Source: Cytophagaceae bacterium (GTDB taxonomy: Bacteria; Bacteroidota; Bacteroidia; Cytophagales; Cytophagaceae). From it: a stretch of 34,204 bases of DNA. The position numbers and the translations under genes were made by a program. The stretch lies in the NCBI GenBank assembly GCA_035568055.1, contig DATMOV010000183.1, positions 1-34,204 of the forward strand. Direction: 5' to 3'. Positions 17,698-27,286 of this stretch are shown here, piece by piece. The first letter of the stretch is position 1; each line of letters begins with the position of its first letter. Under the pieces are notes generated by a model. The model was not told the DNA's origin, did not search any database, and worked only from the letters and a program-made list of their open reading frames with translations.

Positions 17698-20265
17698 TCA
17701 ATAATTTTCTTTAAAGAAATCAAGGTATGAATTTATATTTCTTGATTGGATAAGCAATTGATAATTGTCTTTGGTAATGATAAAGCTTTTGTAATTACTA
17801 TAACCGTAATTACTTAAAAAAGATTTCTTTTCTGTAAGGTCGAGCAGGTAAACTTCGCTGGTGAATTTGCCCGTGAAAGTTTTTACAACAATAAAAAACG
17901 AAGTGTCATTGAGGTTGGATATTTCAGTCGTGATGCCAATCGCTTTGGATGTCTTATTGTAGTCATTGAAATCCTTCAAAATTTTTTCGGGGATTACTTT
18001 CGTTTTGGAAAACAAGAAAACACAGTAATGGGGTTTTATCAGATCTTTACTGAACCGTACTTCATTTGTTTTAATACTATCTCCACCTGAAGTCCTGCTT
18101 GTAATAAATTGTTGAGAAACTTTTAATAACTCCTGCGCTTTGGCAATAAGCGGGCTGTCAGGAAAGTCAGAGATGAAAGATTCCAGCTCCTTTTTATAAA
18201 CAATGGCGTTTTTAGTTTTTCCGGTGATAAGAATTCCCAGGAAAGTTATTTTATCCTCGATATTATTGTCAGGGAATTCAACCTTTATAAGTTTTAGCAA
18301 TGTGTCAGCATAAAGATATTGGTCTTGCTGATAGGCTTCATAAGCCAGCTTATATTTTTCAGCGGCTTTTTTATTTGAGACTTTGCTTTCGCTCAGATAA
18401 TTTGGATTCTTTAATATTTTAGCATACAAAGACCTTGGGAATTCGTTTAAAATCTTCGCTTTGTATGTAGCGGCTTTCCCGTCAGCTTTTTCATTAAATA
18501 AAAGATATAAGAAATACAGCACCTCGGGGGTTTTTTCACTGGGATAGAATTTTGCCAGAAAGGTTTCAAAAGATCCTGCTGCGTTATTCTTTTCGTTGAG
18601 CTTGAGGTTGTAAATTTTACCAAGCTCATATAGGGCTTCTTCATATCTTTTATTGGAAGCTGCCAGTTGTTCAGCCGTGAAAGGCAGGTCGCTATACATT
18701 TTTTGCTTCGCAACAGCCCTTGCCTTGGCATCAGCTTCATCTTTATTTTCCTTTACTATTGGGTTGGTTACGGTTTCTACCTTCTCCTCCTCTTTTGTAA
18801 GGACCACTTCTTTGGTTGACCTTCTCCAGTTATCTTCCAGCTTTCTATTACCCCATTTTTTTAAAAATTCTCCTTTCCCCTGTGAAACGGCTGAAGCATT
18901 TCCGAAATACCATTTAGAGTTGGCGCTGATAGCAGGTCCGGTATTGGCAGCAGCTTTATTTTTGTCATTCTTAGCCTTTATTTCCCTTTCCTCTTTGTCT
19001 TTTTTTTCTTTTTCCTGACGCGCAATGATATTATCTATGTATTTGCTTAAACCAGTCGTATCCTTTACCAGTTTCTGTAAGCTATCCTCTCTTTTCACAA
19101 TCTGGAATTGCTTTACAAATTCTTCCAGTATTTTTTGACGCGATGATATAGGCTTATAGTTTTTATCTTTTTTGTCCCACATCGCTACAGTACTGTCATA
19201 ATATAATTTGGACTGTTCAAAATTCTCCTGATCATAATATATTTCACCAAGCTTCAGGTAAGCCCGCCCTTTTTGCGCGTTATTATTGGTGCTTGCGGCA
19301 ATCGATTTTTCAAATAGCCCAATTCCTTTCTTTACATTCTTCTGCTTCATTTCAAACATGGCCATTTCGAAATAGATCTTATCTTTATATTCCTCATTTT
19401 TTTTATCTTTAAGCAGCTTCTTAAAATACCTTTGTATTTTCTTTTTGTCATTTGATTTCTCCAATTCTGTTACTTGAGCAAGAAAAAGTCTTGAATAAAA
19501 AGAGAGCTCGTAAGTCGGATTGTTCTTTAGAGTTGATCGATAATGATGATACGCGTCAGCATCATTGCCGCTCATCTGATTGATCTGGCCTAAGATAAAA
19601 TGAATTCTCGCTTTCTGATCTCCCTTCTTAATAAGTGGCAGAGCTACATTCAAATTCTCCAAAGCATTATCATATTCTTCAAGCTTTTGATAGTAATATG
19701 CCTTTGTCAGGGAAAGATCACGAAGATTGTTTTTATCCGGCGTCTCTTTTTTCAGATAGTCTATCACGAGCGAAGCATTGTCATAATCTTCCATGGTGAT
19801 GAAAGTTCTCATGAGAAGTATAAGAGCCGCATGGCGGGGAGCGGGATCCTTGCTAATACTATTGACATATTTGAAAAAATCAATGGCGCTGGCATATTCT
19901 CCTTTGTAAAGTTCTGACTTTCCGATAATCACAAAACTGTCGTCAAGCCAATTGCTGTTTTTATGTTTTTCATTGATGAGCGCGGCTTTTTTAATAACAT
20001 CATCCAGGCTTGGTTTAATAGATGATTTGGTAGCATCCTGAATAAGCGGAAATACAGGAAGGACTTTATTATAATCATCCACACTTGCCTGGTAGATCTT
20101 GAATTCAACCTCTTTCATTTTTTCTCTTGCAAGAAAGTAGGCATTATAATGCGCAGTGGTATTATGGAAATTCTTGCTTACGAAGGTATTCTTATACTGA
20201 GAACAGGAGTATAGAATTCCTGAAATGATGAAAAACAGAGTAATTATTTTTAACAGCTTTATCAA
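17698..20265 (-). CDS. sprE: TPR-repeat lipoprotein, SprE/PorW-type T9SS/gliding component
   Basis: 855 aa with a lipobox (ILYSCSQ). The N-terminal FHNTTAHYNAYF motif, multiple TPR-like repeats and a Lys/Glu-rich central linker match my recollection of SprE/PorW-family proteins. It lies close to the gld cluster. Confidence 0.65.
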   Translation of the reverse strand: MIKLLKIITLFFIISGILYSCSQYKNTFVSKNFHNTTAHYNAYFLAREKMKEVEFKIYQASVDDYNKVLPVFPLIQDATKSSIKPSLDDVIKKAALINEKHKNSNWLDDSFVIIGKSELYKGEYASAIDFFKYVNSISKDPAPRHAALILLMRTFITMEDYDNASLVIDYLKKETPDKNNLRDLSLTKAYYYQKLEEYDNALENLNVALPLIKKGDQKARIHFILGQINQMSGNDADAYHHYRSTLKNNPTYELSFYSRLFLAQVTELEKSNDKKKIQRYFKKLLKDKKNEEYKDKIYFEMAMFEMKQKNVKKGIGLFEKSIAASTNNNAQKGRAYLKLGEIYYDQENFEQSKLYYDSTVAMWDKKDKNYKPISSRQKILEEFVKQFQIVKREDSLQKLVKDTTGLSKYIDNIIARQEKEKKDKEEREIKAKNDKNKAAANTGPAISANSKWYFGNASAVSQGKGEFLKKWGNRKLEDNWRRSTKEVVLTKEEEKVETVTNPIVKENKDEADAKARAVAKQKMYSDLPFTAEQLAASNKRYEEALYELGKIYNLKLNEKNNAAGSFETFLAKFYPSEKTPEVLYFLYLLFNEKADGKAATYKAKILNEFPRSLYAKILKNPNYLSESKVSNKKAAEKYKLAYEAYQQDQYLYADTLLKLIKVEFPDNNIEDKITFLGILITGKTKNAIVYKKELESFISDFPDSPLIAKAQELLKVSQQFITSRTSGGDSIKTNEVRFSKDLIKPHYCVFLFSKTKVIPEKILKDFNDYNKTSKAIGITTEISNLNDTSFFIVVKTFTGKFTSEVYLLDLTEKKSFLSNYGYSNYKSFIITKDNYQLLIQSRNINSYLDFFKENY

Positions 20266-20315
20266 AATGAATTCAAATTATCACTTTATTATAATAAAAA
20301 TGCTTCAATAATAGT

Positions 20316-20323
20316 TATTTTTG
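20316..20323 (+). promoter_or_regulatory. Candidate Bacteroidota -7 promoter box (TAnnTTTG)
   Basis: TATTTTTG lies 23 nt upstream of the TTG start of the LytM-like gene, in the 80-bp divergent gap with sprE. I saw no convincing -33 TTTG. Confidence 0.3.
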
Positions 20324-20345
20324 CAGGCTATTAACAGAACATTCA

Positions 20346-21200
20346 TTGAAATCAAAGAAAACACTTTCTAATTGGTTAACGAACAGATTCCTATTAATTA
20401 TCCGGAATGAAGAAAACTTTGCAGAGAAAAGGACATTCAGCTTTACTTATGCGAAAATAATTGTTTTCACTTTTGTTTTTATAGTGCTGGTATTTGGTTT
20501 GTCCTTTTATATGATTAATACTATTCTGGCATATTGGCTTAACCCCAAATATGCCCGGTTGGAGGCAAATAACAGAATAATCATATTAACAGAGAAAGTA
20601 GACTCGCTGGCTGAGGAAGTGAGGCGGAAGGACGTATATATATTGAATTTCAGAAGTATGCTGACCGGCGGAAGCACTACAGGATCTTATGATAGTTCTT
20701 ATAGTGACAAGAATGAAGCTCAAAGAAACCCGGATGTGGATTATTTATCTCCTTATGATCAGGATTTAAGGAAAGAAATTGAAAATGAGCCCAATGAGCC
20801 TTATGCTGTATTACCATCCAATGCACTTAAAAACAATAATTTAAAACTCAATATACCTTCAAAAGGAGTGTTAAAAGGAAAATTTGAAGGACTAAAAGGT
20901 AACCCTGGTGTTGATATTATAGTAAAAGACAAGGAAATCAGATCTGTCGCAAATGGTTCTGTAATTATTATAAACGGGAATGAAATAACAGGTTACCTCG
21001 TAGTAATTCAGCATGAAGGTGGATTTATATCCGAATATTATAACAATTCGAAAGTTTTGAAGGAGGTAGGGAATTTTGTTAAAGCAGGAGATGTTATTTC
21101 CGAAATAGACACAAAACTGAAGCCAGGGAAAGATCTGCATTTCGAGCTTTGGCATAACGGAAATCCTGTTAATCCTCAAAATTTCATTAATTTTAAATAA
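20346..21200 (+). CDS. Membrane-anchored M23/LytM-domain protein with a degenerate active site
   Basis: 284 aa with a TTG start and one N-terminal TM helix. The C-terminal LytM fold reads NPGVDIIV...GYLVVIQHEGGFISEYYNNS...GKDLHFELWHNGNPVNP. Canonical HxxxD, the catalytic His and the first His of HxH are replaced by N, N and D. Confidence 0.75.
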   Translation: MKSKKTLSNWLTNRFLLIIRNEENFAEKRTFSFTYAKIIVFTFVFIVLVFGLSFYMINTILAYWLNPKYARLEANNRIIILTEKVDSLAEEVRRKDVYILNFRSMLTGGSTTGSYDSSYSDKNEAQRNPDVDYLSPYDQDLRKEIENEPNEPYAVLPSNALKNNNLKLNIPSKGVLKGKFEGLKGNPGVDIIVKDKEIRSVANGSVIIINGNEITGYLVVIQHEGGFISEYYNNSKVLKEVGNFVKAGDVISEIDTKLKPGKDLHFELWHNGNPVNPQNFINFK

Positions 21201-21221
21201 AAGAATTTAAATCGGAAAGCT

Positions 21222-21641
21222 ATGTTTAAGAAAGACACAACTAAAAAAGAGCTCGAACAGCTAAGCAATTCAAGCACCATTATTGGAAAAGGTACCGTGC
21301 TGGAGGGAGATATCGAAACGCTGGGGAATCTCAGAATTGAAGGAAAGGCCATAGGAAATATTAAATCCAAGTCTAAGATAGCACTGGGAGATTCTTCTAT
21401 CGTGGAGGGTAATATTATCGCTCAGAATGCCGAAATTGCCGGGGAAGTAAAAGGAACGCTCGAAGTATCTGATCTTTTGATCCTGAAAAGCGGCTCAGTT
21501 ATTCATGGCGATATCATCACTAACAGAATTATTATTGAATCAGGCGCTTCGTTTAACGGACAATGTAAAATGGGAGCAGTAAAGGAGATCATCATTGGAG
21601 AAAGAAACCGGGAAGAACGGGAAAAAGAGCGATCAGCCTAA
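21222..21641 (+). CDS. Bactofilin (polymer-forming cytoskeletal protein, CcmA-like)
   Basis: 139 aa. A repetitive beta-helix pattern (IIGKGTVLEGDIETLGNLRIEGKAIGNI...VEGNIIAQNAEIAGEVKGTLEV...IHGDIITNRIIIESGASFNG) is followed by a charged tail. Confidence 0.85.
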   Translation: MFKKDTTKKELEQLSNSSTIIGKGTVLEGDIETLGNLRIEGKAIGNIKSKSKIALGDSSIVEGNIIAQNAEIAGEVKGTLEVSDLLILKSGSVIHGDIITNRIIIESGASFNGQCKMGAVKEIIIGERNREEREKERSA

Positions 21642-21822
21642 TAATTATCTTAAATACTCGGGCATTGCGTTTCAAATGATCGCCACGATTCTTCTTGGGG
21701 CCTGGGGAGGCATTGCCCTGGATGATTACTTCAAGGTTGAAAGCCATATGTTTACCGTAGTTTTAATGCTTGTTTCAGTAATAGCATCCATGTATTTAGT
21801 AATCAGAGGTTTAATGAAATGA
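21595..21822 (+). CDS. AtpZ/AtpI-family small membrane protein (ATP synthase protein I-like)
   Basis: 75 aa. The pattern YLKYSGIAFQMIATILLGAWGGIALDDYF plus a second TM helix is typical of AtpZ. It overlaps the bactofilin 3' end by 47 nt in another frame. No alternative start exists downstream. Confidence 0.65.
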   Translation: MEKETGKNGKKSDQPNNYLKYSGIAFQMIATILLGAWGGIALDDYFKVESHMFTVVLMLVSVIASMYLVIRGLMK

Positions 21823-22208
21823 AAAAAGAACTACTTTTTCAGAAAAGCTTCCTTATTCTCTTTTTAATAGTCACTTCGGCACTTTTTATACTGAAATTCT
21901 TCTATCCCGAAATTATACATCCGAAAGTATGGATCATTCAGGTTTATTTCTTCCTTGCTTTCGGACTAACCTATCTTCTGGCAGGATCAATCATGAAAAA
22001 TATGCCTGAGCAAATGCATATTTATTATCTGGGAGCTATGGCTGTGAGGTTTATACTTTCAATCCTGTTTATTTTTACCTGCCTGCTGGCTTCATCGGAT
22101 AACCCGGTAGTTTTCGCGATGAATTTTTTTATAATATATTTAGTCTATTCATGGTTTGAAATTTATCTGTTATTACGTAATTTGCGGACCGATTTGAAAA
22201 GACCATGA
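21819..22208 (+). CDS. Small polytopic membrane protein of the atp operon leader region (unknown function)
   Basis: 129 aa with 4 predicted TM helices. ATGA overlaps link it to both atpZ (21819-21822) and atpB (22205-22208). Confidence 0.55.
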   Translation: MKKELLFQKSFLILFLIVTSALFILKFFYPEIIHPKVWIIQVYFFLAFGLTYLLAGSIMKNMPEQMHIYYLGAMAVRFILSILFIFTCLLASSDNPVVFAMNFFIIYLVYSWFEIYLLLRNLRTDLKRP

Positions 22209-23281
22209 TAATCCCATTTAAAAACCTTAGCATATTTGCATTCATATTTCTCTTAATCAGCAACTTATCCTTTGCGGATGAGCACAAGAAAGAAGAAGGA
22301 AAAAAAGAGGAATTTAATCCTGGTGAAATGATCATGCACCACGTTGGTGATTCCCATGAATGGGAATTTGCTCAAGGTGTTATTATCCCATTGCCTGTTA
22401 TTCTATATTCTTCCGAAAAAGGTCTTGAAATTTTCTCTTCATCAAATTTCCACAATGAGAAACATGAATACATGGGATATCATCTGGATCACGAAACCAA
22501 TGAAATCCATGCCGAAGACAAGCATCATGTATATGATATTTCTATTACAAAAAATGTCGCTTCACTTTTTTTATGCGCTGCAATTTTAATAACAGTTTTC
22601 TTATCTGTATCAGGAGGGTATAAAAGAAATCACGGTAAAGCTCCAAGCGGCATACAATCATTCTTTGAACCTATTGTAGTTTATATTAGAGATGATATAG
22701 CTATGAAGGTGATTGGCCCGAAGTATGAAAGATTCCTGCCATATCTTCTAACCATATTCTTTTTTATCTGGTTTAACAATCTCCTCGGCTTGCTTCCGGG
22801 CGGAGCGAATCTTACAGGTAATATTTCCGTAACCTTAGTCCTTGCGTTGCTTACTTTCATCATCACTTTATTCAGCAGCAACGGTACTTACTGGAAACAT
22901 ATATTGTGGACACCAGGCGTACCTTTGGCTTTAAGAATTATCATTCTTCCAATTGAAATTGTCGGAATGTTCACCAAGCCTTTTTCATTGATGATACGTC
23001 TTTTCGCCAACATCACAGCCGGTCACATCATCATACTAAGTTTATTCAGCTTAATCTTTATTTTCGAAAGTTATACCGTAGGAATTGTAAGCACTGCTTT
23101 CGCGGTATTTATGAGCCTGCTTGAATTATTTGTTGCGTTGCTACAGGCTTATGTTTTTACCTTGCTTTCAGCGATGTATTTCGCTTCGGCAGTAGAAGAG
23201 CATCATGAAGATAGTCATGGTCACGACAAGCATCCTGAGTTTCATGATGTAGAAACTCCAGGCGCCAAAGTTCTTATTTAG
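22205..23281 (+). CDS. atpB: F0F1 ATP synthase subunit a
   Basis: 358 aa. It has the long Bacteroidota-type N-terminal extension (MHHVGDSHEWEF) and the conserved a-subunit core (LMIRLFANITAGHIIIL...ALLQAYVFTLLSAMY). A His-rich C-terminal tail follows. Confidence 0.92.
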   Translation: MIIPFKNLSIFAFIFLLISNLSFADEHKKEEGKKEEFNPGEMIMHHVGDSHEWEFAQGVIIPLPVILYSSEKGLEIFSSSNFHNEKHEYMGYHLDHETNEIHAEDKHHVYDISITKNVASLFLCAAILITVFLSVSGGYKRNHGKAPSGIQSFFEPIVVYIRDDIAMKVIGPKYERFLPYLLTIFFFIWFNNLLGLLPGGANLTGNISVTLVLALLTFIITLFSSNGTYWKHILWTPGVPLALRIIILPIEIVGMFTKPFSLMIRLFANITAGHIIILSLFSLIFIFESYTVGIVSTAFAVFMSLLELFVALLQAYVFTLLSAMYFASAVEEHHEDSHGHDKHPEFHDVETPGAKVLI

Positions 23282-23301
23282 TTTTTTTGTTTCACTTATA
23301 A

Positions 23302-23571
<270 letters not shown>

Positions 23572-23580
23572 TAAACTTTT

Positions 23581-23620
23581 AAACTCCTGCTCCTCAGCAA
23601 TAGGCTGGAGGCAGGAGTTT
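23581..23620 (+). promoter_or_regulatory. Intercistronic stem-loop between atpE and atpF
   Basis: aaactcctgc (23581-23590) pairs perfectly with gcaggagttt (23611-23620), with partial inner pairing. Only a weak T-tract follows (gatttt). Confidence 0.5.
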
Positions 23621-23664
23621 GATTTTAACTGAACATTAAACAAAAATTAAAAATTTAAACTATT

Positions 23665-24165
23665 ATGTTTCTAGATCTGGTAAATCCCGCATTCGGATTA
23701 GTATTCTGGCAGACTGTCACCTTTCTGACCATATTATTCATCCTTTCCAAATTCGCCTGGAAGCCAATCATGTCAGGCTTAAAGGAAAGAGAGCAAAATA
23801 TTGAAGATGCTTTGAGCACCGCTAAAAAAGCGAGAGAAGAAATGGCTCTGATGAAATCTGAAAACGAAAAATTGTTAGCAGAGGCAAGAGTAGAAAGAGA
23901 CAAGATGCTGAAAGAAGCCCAGATCGCTTCCAACAATATGATCACTGAAGCCAAGGATAAAGCCAGCGCTGAAGGAGCAAGATTACTTGAAAGTGCGAGA
24001 ATATCCATCAACAATGAAAAACAAGCGGCTATCACCGAGGTGAAAAATCAGGCAGCAACGCTTTCAATTCAGATCGCTGAAAAATTATTAAAGAGAGCGC
24101 TTTCAAACGAGCAGGCACAAAAGCAACTCGTAGATGAATTTATTAAAGAAGCAAAATTTAACTAA
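23665..24165 (+). CDS. atpF: F0F1 ATP synthase subunit b
   Basis: 166 aa. An N-terminal TM helix (FGLVFWQTVTFLTILFIL) is followed by a long charged helix. Its position in the operon fits. Confidence 0.9.
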   Translation: MFLDLVNPAFGLVFWQTVTFLTILFILSKFAWKPIMSGLKEREQNIEDALSTAKKAREEMALMKSENEKLLAEARVERDKMLKEAQIASNNMITEAKDKASAEGARLLESARISINNEKQAAITEVKNQAATLSIQIAEKLLKRALSNEQAQKQLVDEFIKEAKFN

Positions 24166-24173
24166 AGTATAAG

Positions 24174-24731
24174 ATGCACGAAACACGCGTAGCTCGTCCT
24201 TATGCAAAATCACTGCTTGAACTGGCCGAAGAAAAAGGCAAGCTCGAAGAGGTGAATAAAGACATGTCCCTTTTTACTGATGTCGCGAAAGAAAATATTC
24301 AATTCCAGGCGATGCTGAAGAATCCTATCATTAACCATGATAAGAAACAGGCTGTACTGGATACAATTTTCAAAGGCAGGGTAAGCGACATGACACTCGC
24401 CATGTTCAGAATCATCACCCGTAAAAACCGGGAAGCATTCCTTTACGACATCGCTAAAGAATTCAAGAATCAATATAAAACTTTCAAAGGCATTGCAACC
24501 GCGGAAGTGACCACCACCTATCCTCTTAGCCTGGATCAGAAAAATACCTTCATCAATTTGGTGGCAACAAAAGAAGGCAAGAAAGTGGAGCTTTTGGAAA
24601 AAGTTGACGAAAGTATTATTGGTGGATTTGTTTTGAAGGTAGGAGATATGCAGGTGGATGAATCAATTAAGTCAAAATTGCACAGGTTAAAAAGTAAGTT
24701 TAAAGACAATCCTTATATATCTAAATTATAA
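24174..24731 (+). CDS. atpH: F0F1 ATP synthase subunit delta (OSCP)
   Basis: 185 aa with an OSCP-family pattern ([13 protein letters not shown]...[22 protein letters not shown]). Its position in the operon fits. Confidence 0.9.
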   Translation: MHETRVARPYAKSLLELAEEKGKLEEVNKDMSLFTDVAKENIQFQAMLKNPIINHDKKQAVLDTIFKGRVSDMTLAMFRIITRKNREAFLYDIAKEFKNQYKTFKGIATAEVTTTYPLSLDQKNTFINLVATKEGKKVELLEKVDESIIGGFVLKVGDMQVDESIKSKLHRLKSKFKDNPYISKL

Positions 24732-24733
24732 TT

Positions 24734-26311
24734 ATGGAAGTAAGACCAGATGAAGTTTCTGCAATTTTAAGAGAGCAGTTATCCAACTTCAGAACAGAAG
24801 CAGAATTAGAAGAAGTAGGTACAGTGCTGCAGGTAGGTGATGGGGTGTGCCGTATCTACGGACTGTCAAAAGCTCAATCAGGTGAGCTTCTTGAATTCGA
24901 TAATGGCTTGAGAGCGCTCGTTCTTAATCTTGAAGAAGACAACGTAGGAGCCGTAATGCTTGGTGATTACAGCGACATCAAAGAAGGTGATACTGTAAAA
25001 AGAACAAAGCAGATCGCCTTCGTAAATGTTGGTGAAGGAATGCTCGGCCGTGTGGTTGACACGCTTGGTCATGCTATTGATGGTAAAGGTCCAATCGCCG
25101 GCAAACTTTATGAAATGCCGCTGGAAAGAAAAGCTCCAGGCGTTATTTATAGACAGCCGGTAAATGAGCCGCTTCAAACTGGTATCACTTCTATCGATTC
25201 CATGATTCCAATTGGAAGAGGCCAGAGAGAATTAATTATAGGTGACCGTCAGACAGGTAAAACTGCTGTGGCAATCGATACGATTATAAACCAAAGAGAA
25301 TTTTTTGAAAAAGGACAACCTGTATTTTGCATCTATGTCGCAATCGGACAAAAGGCAAGTACTGTTGCTCAAATAGTCATGGCGCTGGAGAAAGGTAAAG
25401 CAATGGATTACACCGTTGTTGTTTCCGCTTCCGCTTCAGATCCTGCTCCAATGCAATTCTTTGCTCCATTTACAGGTGCAGCAATCGGTGAATATTTCAG
25501 GGATACAGGCAGACCAGCGCTTGTTGTTTATGATGATCTTTCAAAACAAGCTGTTGCTTACAGAGAAGTTTCATTACTTCTTAGAAGACCTCCGGGACGA
25601 GAAGCATATCCTGGTGACGTATTTTACCTGCACAGCCGTCTTCTTGAAAGAGCCGCTAAAATTAATAAATCAGGCTTGATAGCAGAACAAATGAACGATC
25701 TTCCTGAGTCTTTAAAAGGTGTGGTAAAAGGAGGAGGATCGCTTACAGCCCTTCCGATTATTGAGACACAGGCCGGAGACGTATCAGCATATATTCCAAC
25801 GAACGTGATTTCTATCACTGACGGACAAATATTCCTGGAAACTAACCTTTTCAACGCGGGTGTAAGACCGGCGATCAACGTGGGTATATCAGTATCACGT
25901 GTGGGTGGTAACGCTCAGATCAAATCAATGAAGAAAGTTGCCGGTACATTAAAGCTTGACCAGGCTCAATTCAGAGAGCTTGAAGCATTCTCTAAATTCG
26001 GTTCCGACCTTGATGCATCTACCAAACTTACGATCGAAAGAGGAAGAAGAAATCTGGAGATCTTAAAGCAGGCGCAATATTCACCTGTGCCAGTGGAAGA
26101 GCAAGTAGCAATTATTTATGCTTCTACCACAGGCTTGATAGACAATGTTCCTGTGAAGGATGTAAAAACCTTCCAGAATGAATTTGTTGGACTGATGAGA
26201 GCTTCTCATAAAGATACACTGGAGTCATTGAGACTTGGAAAGTTCGATGATACAATCACCGCTGTTCTTAAAAAAGTTTGCAAAGAAGTATCACAAAAAT
26301 ACGGTAAATAA
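24734..26311 (+). CDS. atpA: F0F1 ATP synthase subunit alpha
   Basis: 525 aa with Walker A GDRQTGKT. It is highly conserved alpha-subunit sequence throughout ([30 protein letters not shown]). Confidence 0.97.
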   Translation: MEVRPDEVSAILREQLSNFRTEAELEEVGTVLQVGDGVCRIYGLSKAQSGELLEFDNGLRALVLNLEEDNVGAVMLGDYSDIKEGDTVKRTKQIAFVNVGEGMLGRVVDTLGHAIDGKGPIAGKLYEMPLERKAPGVIYRQPVNEPLQTGITSIDSMIPIGRGQRELIIGDRQTGKTAVAIDTIINQREFFEKGQPVFCIYVAIGQKASTVAQIVMALEKGKAMDYTVVVSASASDPAPMQFFAPFTGAAIGEYFRDTGRPALVVYDDLSKQAVAYREVSLLLRRPPGREAYPGDVFYLHSRLLERAAKINKSGLIAEQMNDLPESLKGVVKGGGSLTALPIIETQAGDVSAYIPTNVISITDGQIFLETNLFNAGVRPAINVGISVSRVGGNAQIKSMKKVAGTLKLDQAQFRELEAFSKFGSDLDASTKLTIERGRRNLEILKQAQYSPVPVEEQVAIIYASTTGLIDNVPVKDVKTFQNEFVGLMRASHKDTLESLRLGKFDDTITAVLKKVCKEVSQKYGK

Positions 26312-26313
26312 TT

Positions 26314-27198
26314 ATGGCCAGTTTAAAAGAGGTAAGAGGCAGGATCATATCCGTTAACTCCACACAGCAGATCACCAAAGCCATGAAAATGGTGGCGGCG
26401 GCAAAGTTGCGCAGAGCTCAGGATAATATTATTAAGATCAGGCCTTATGCTGAAAAACTGAACACGATCCTTAATAACCTTTCTGAAACTCTTGATGATT
26501 CTACTGACAATCCATTCAGCATGGAGAGAGAAGTGAAGCACGTGCTTATCGTGGTGGTAACTTCTGACAGAGGACTTGCAGGTGCGTTCAATAGCAACGT
26601 GGTAAAAGGTGCCATGAACCTGATCAACGAGAAATATAAAGGCTTACCAAAGTCTGGGATTACTTTGCAGTGTATTGGAAAAAAAGGATTTGATTTTTTC
26701 TCCAAAAAGGAATTTGAAGTAATAAGTGATTTCTCCACTACCTTCCACAATTTAAACTTTGATGCTTCAAGAAAAGCCGCTGAGTTTGCGATGAACGGAT
26801 TCATGAATAGTGAATTTGATCGTGTGGAAATTGTCTATAATGAATTTAAAAATGTGGCGACACAGATTGTAAGACAAGAGCAATTTCTTCCTGTTAAAAA
26901 AGAAAAAGCTGCTGCCAAATCTGTCACTGCCGCGAATGTCGATTACATATTCGAACCTTCCAAAGAAGAGATCGTGGCTGAATTGATCCCCAAATCTTTA
27001 AAGATCCAGTTTTATAAATCTTTGTTAGAATCCAACGCCTCTGAGCACGGAGCTCGTATGACTGCGATGGATAAAGCGACAGAGAATGCCAAAGAACTTT
27101 TGAAAGAATTGAAACTTACATACAACAGAACCAGACAAGCTGCCATCACCAAAGAGATCCTCGAGATCGTTGGAGGCTCGGAAGCTTTGGCTAATTAA
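26314..27198 (+). CDS. atpG: F0F1 ATP synthase subunit gamma
   Basis: 294 aa with N-terminal MASLKEVRGRIISVNSTQQITKAMKMVAAAKLRRAQ and C-terminal NRTRQAAITKEILEIVGG. Confidence 0.95.
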   Translation: MASLKEVRGRIISVNSTQQITKAMKMVAAAKLRRAQDNIIKIRPYAEKLNTILNNLSETLDDSTDNPFSMEREVKHVLIVVVTSDRGLAGAFNSNVVKGAMNLINEKYKGLPKSGITLQCIGKKGFDFFSKKEFEVISDFSTTFHNLNFDASRKAAEFAMNGFMNSEFDRVEIVYNEFKNVATQIVRQEQFLPVKKEKAAAKSVTAANVDYIFEPSKEEIVAELIPKSLKIQFYKSLLESNASEHGARMTAMDKATENAKELLKELKLTYNRTRQAAITKEILEIVGGSEALAN

Positions 27199-27218
27199 TA
27201 GTTGTAAAATCATTTTGA

Positions 27219-27253
27219 AAAAGCGAGATGCCGGAAGGTGTCTCGCTTTTTTT
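27219..27253 (+). terminator. Intrinsic terminator of the atp operon
   Basis: Stem aaaagcgaga (27219-27228), loop tgccggaaggtg, stem tctcgctttt (27241-27250), with the T-run extending to 27253. It begins 20 nt after the atpG stop. Confidence 0.8.
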
Positions 27254-27286
27254 GTGCAATGCTTGTTTGCTATGATGCTTATATAC

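Noticed and set aside
27199-27254. Missing atpD/atpC (beta and epsilon) after atpG as a sign of operon disruption
   Set aside because: Placing atpD-atpC at a separate locus is the normal Bacteroidota arrangement, and a clean intrinsic terminator follows atpG.
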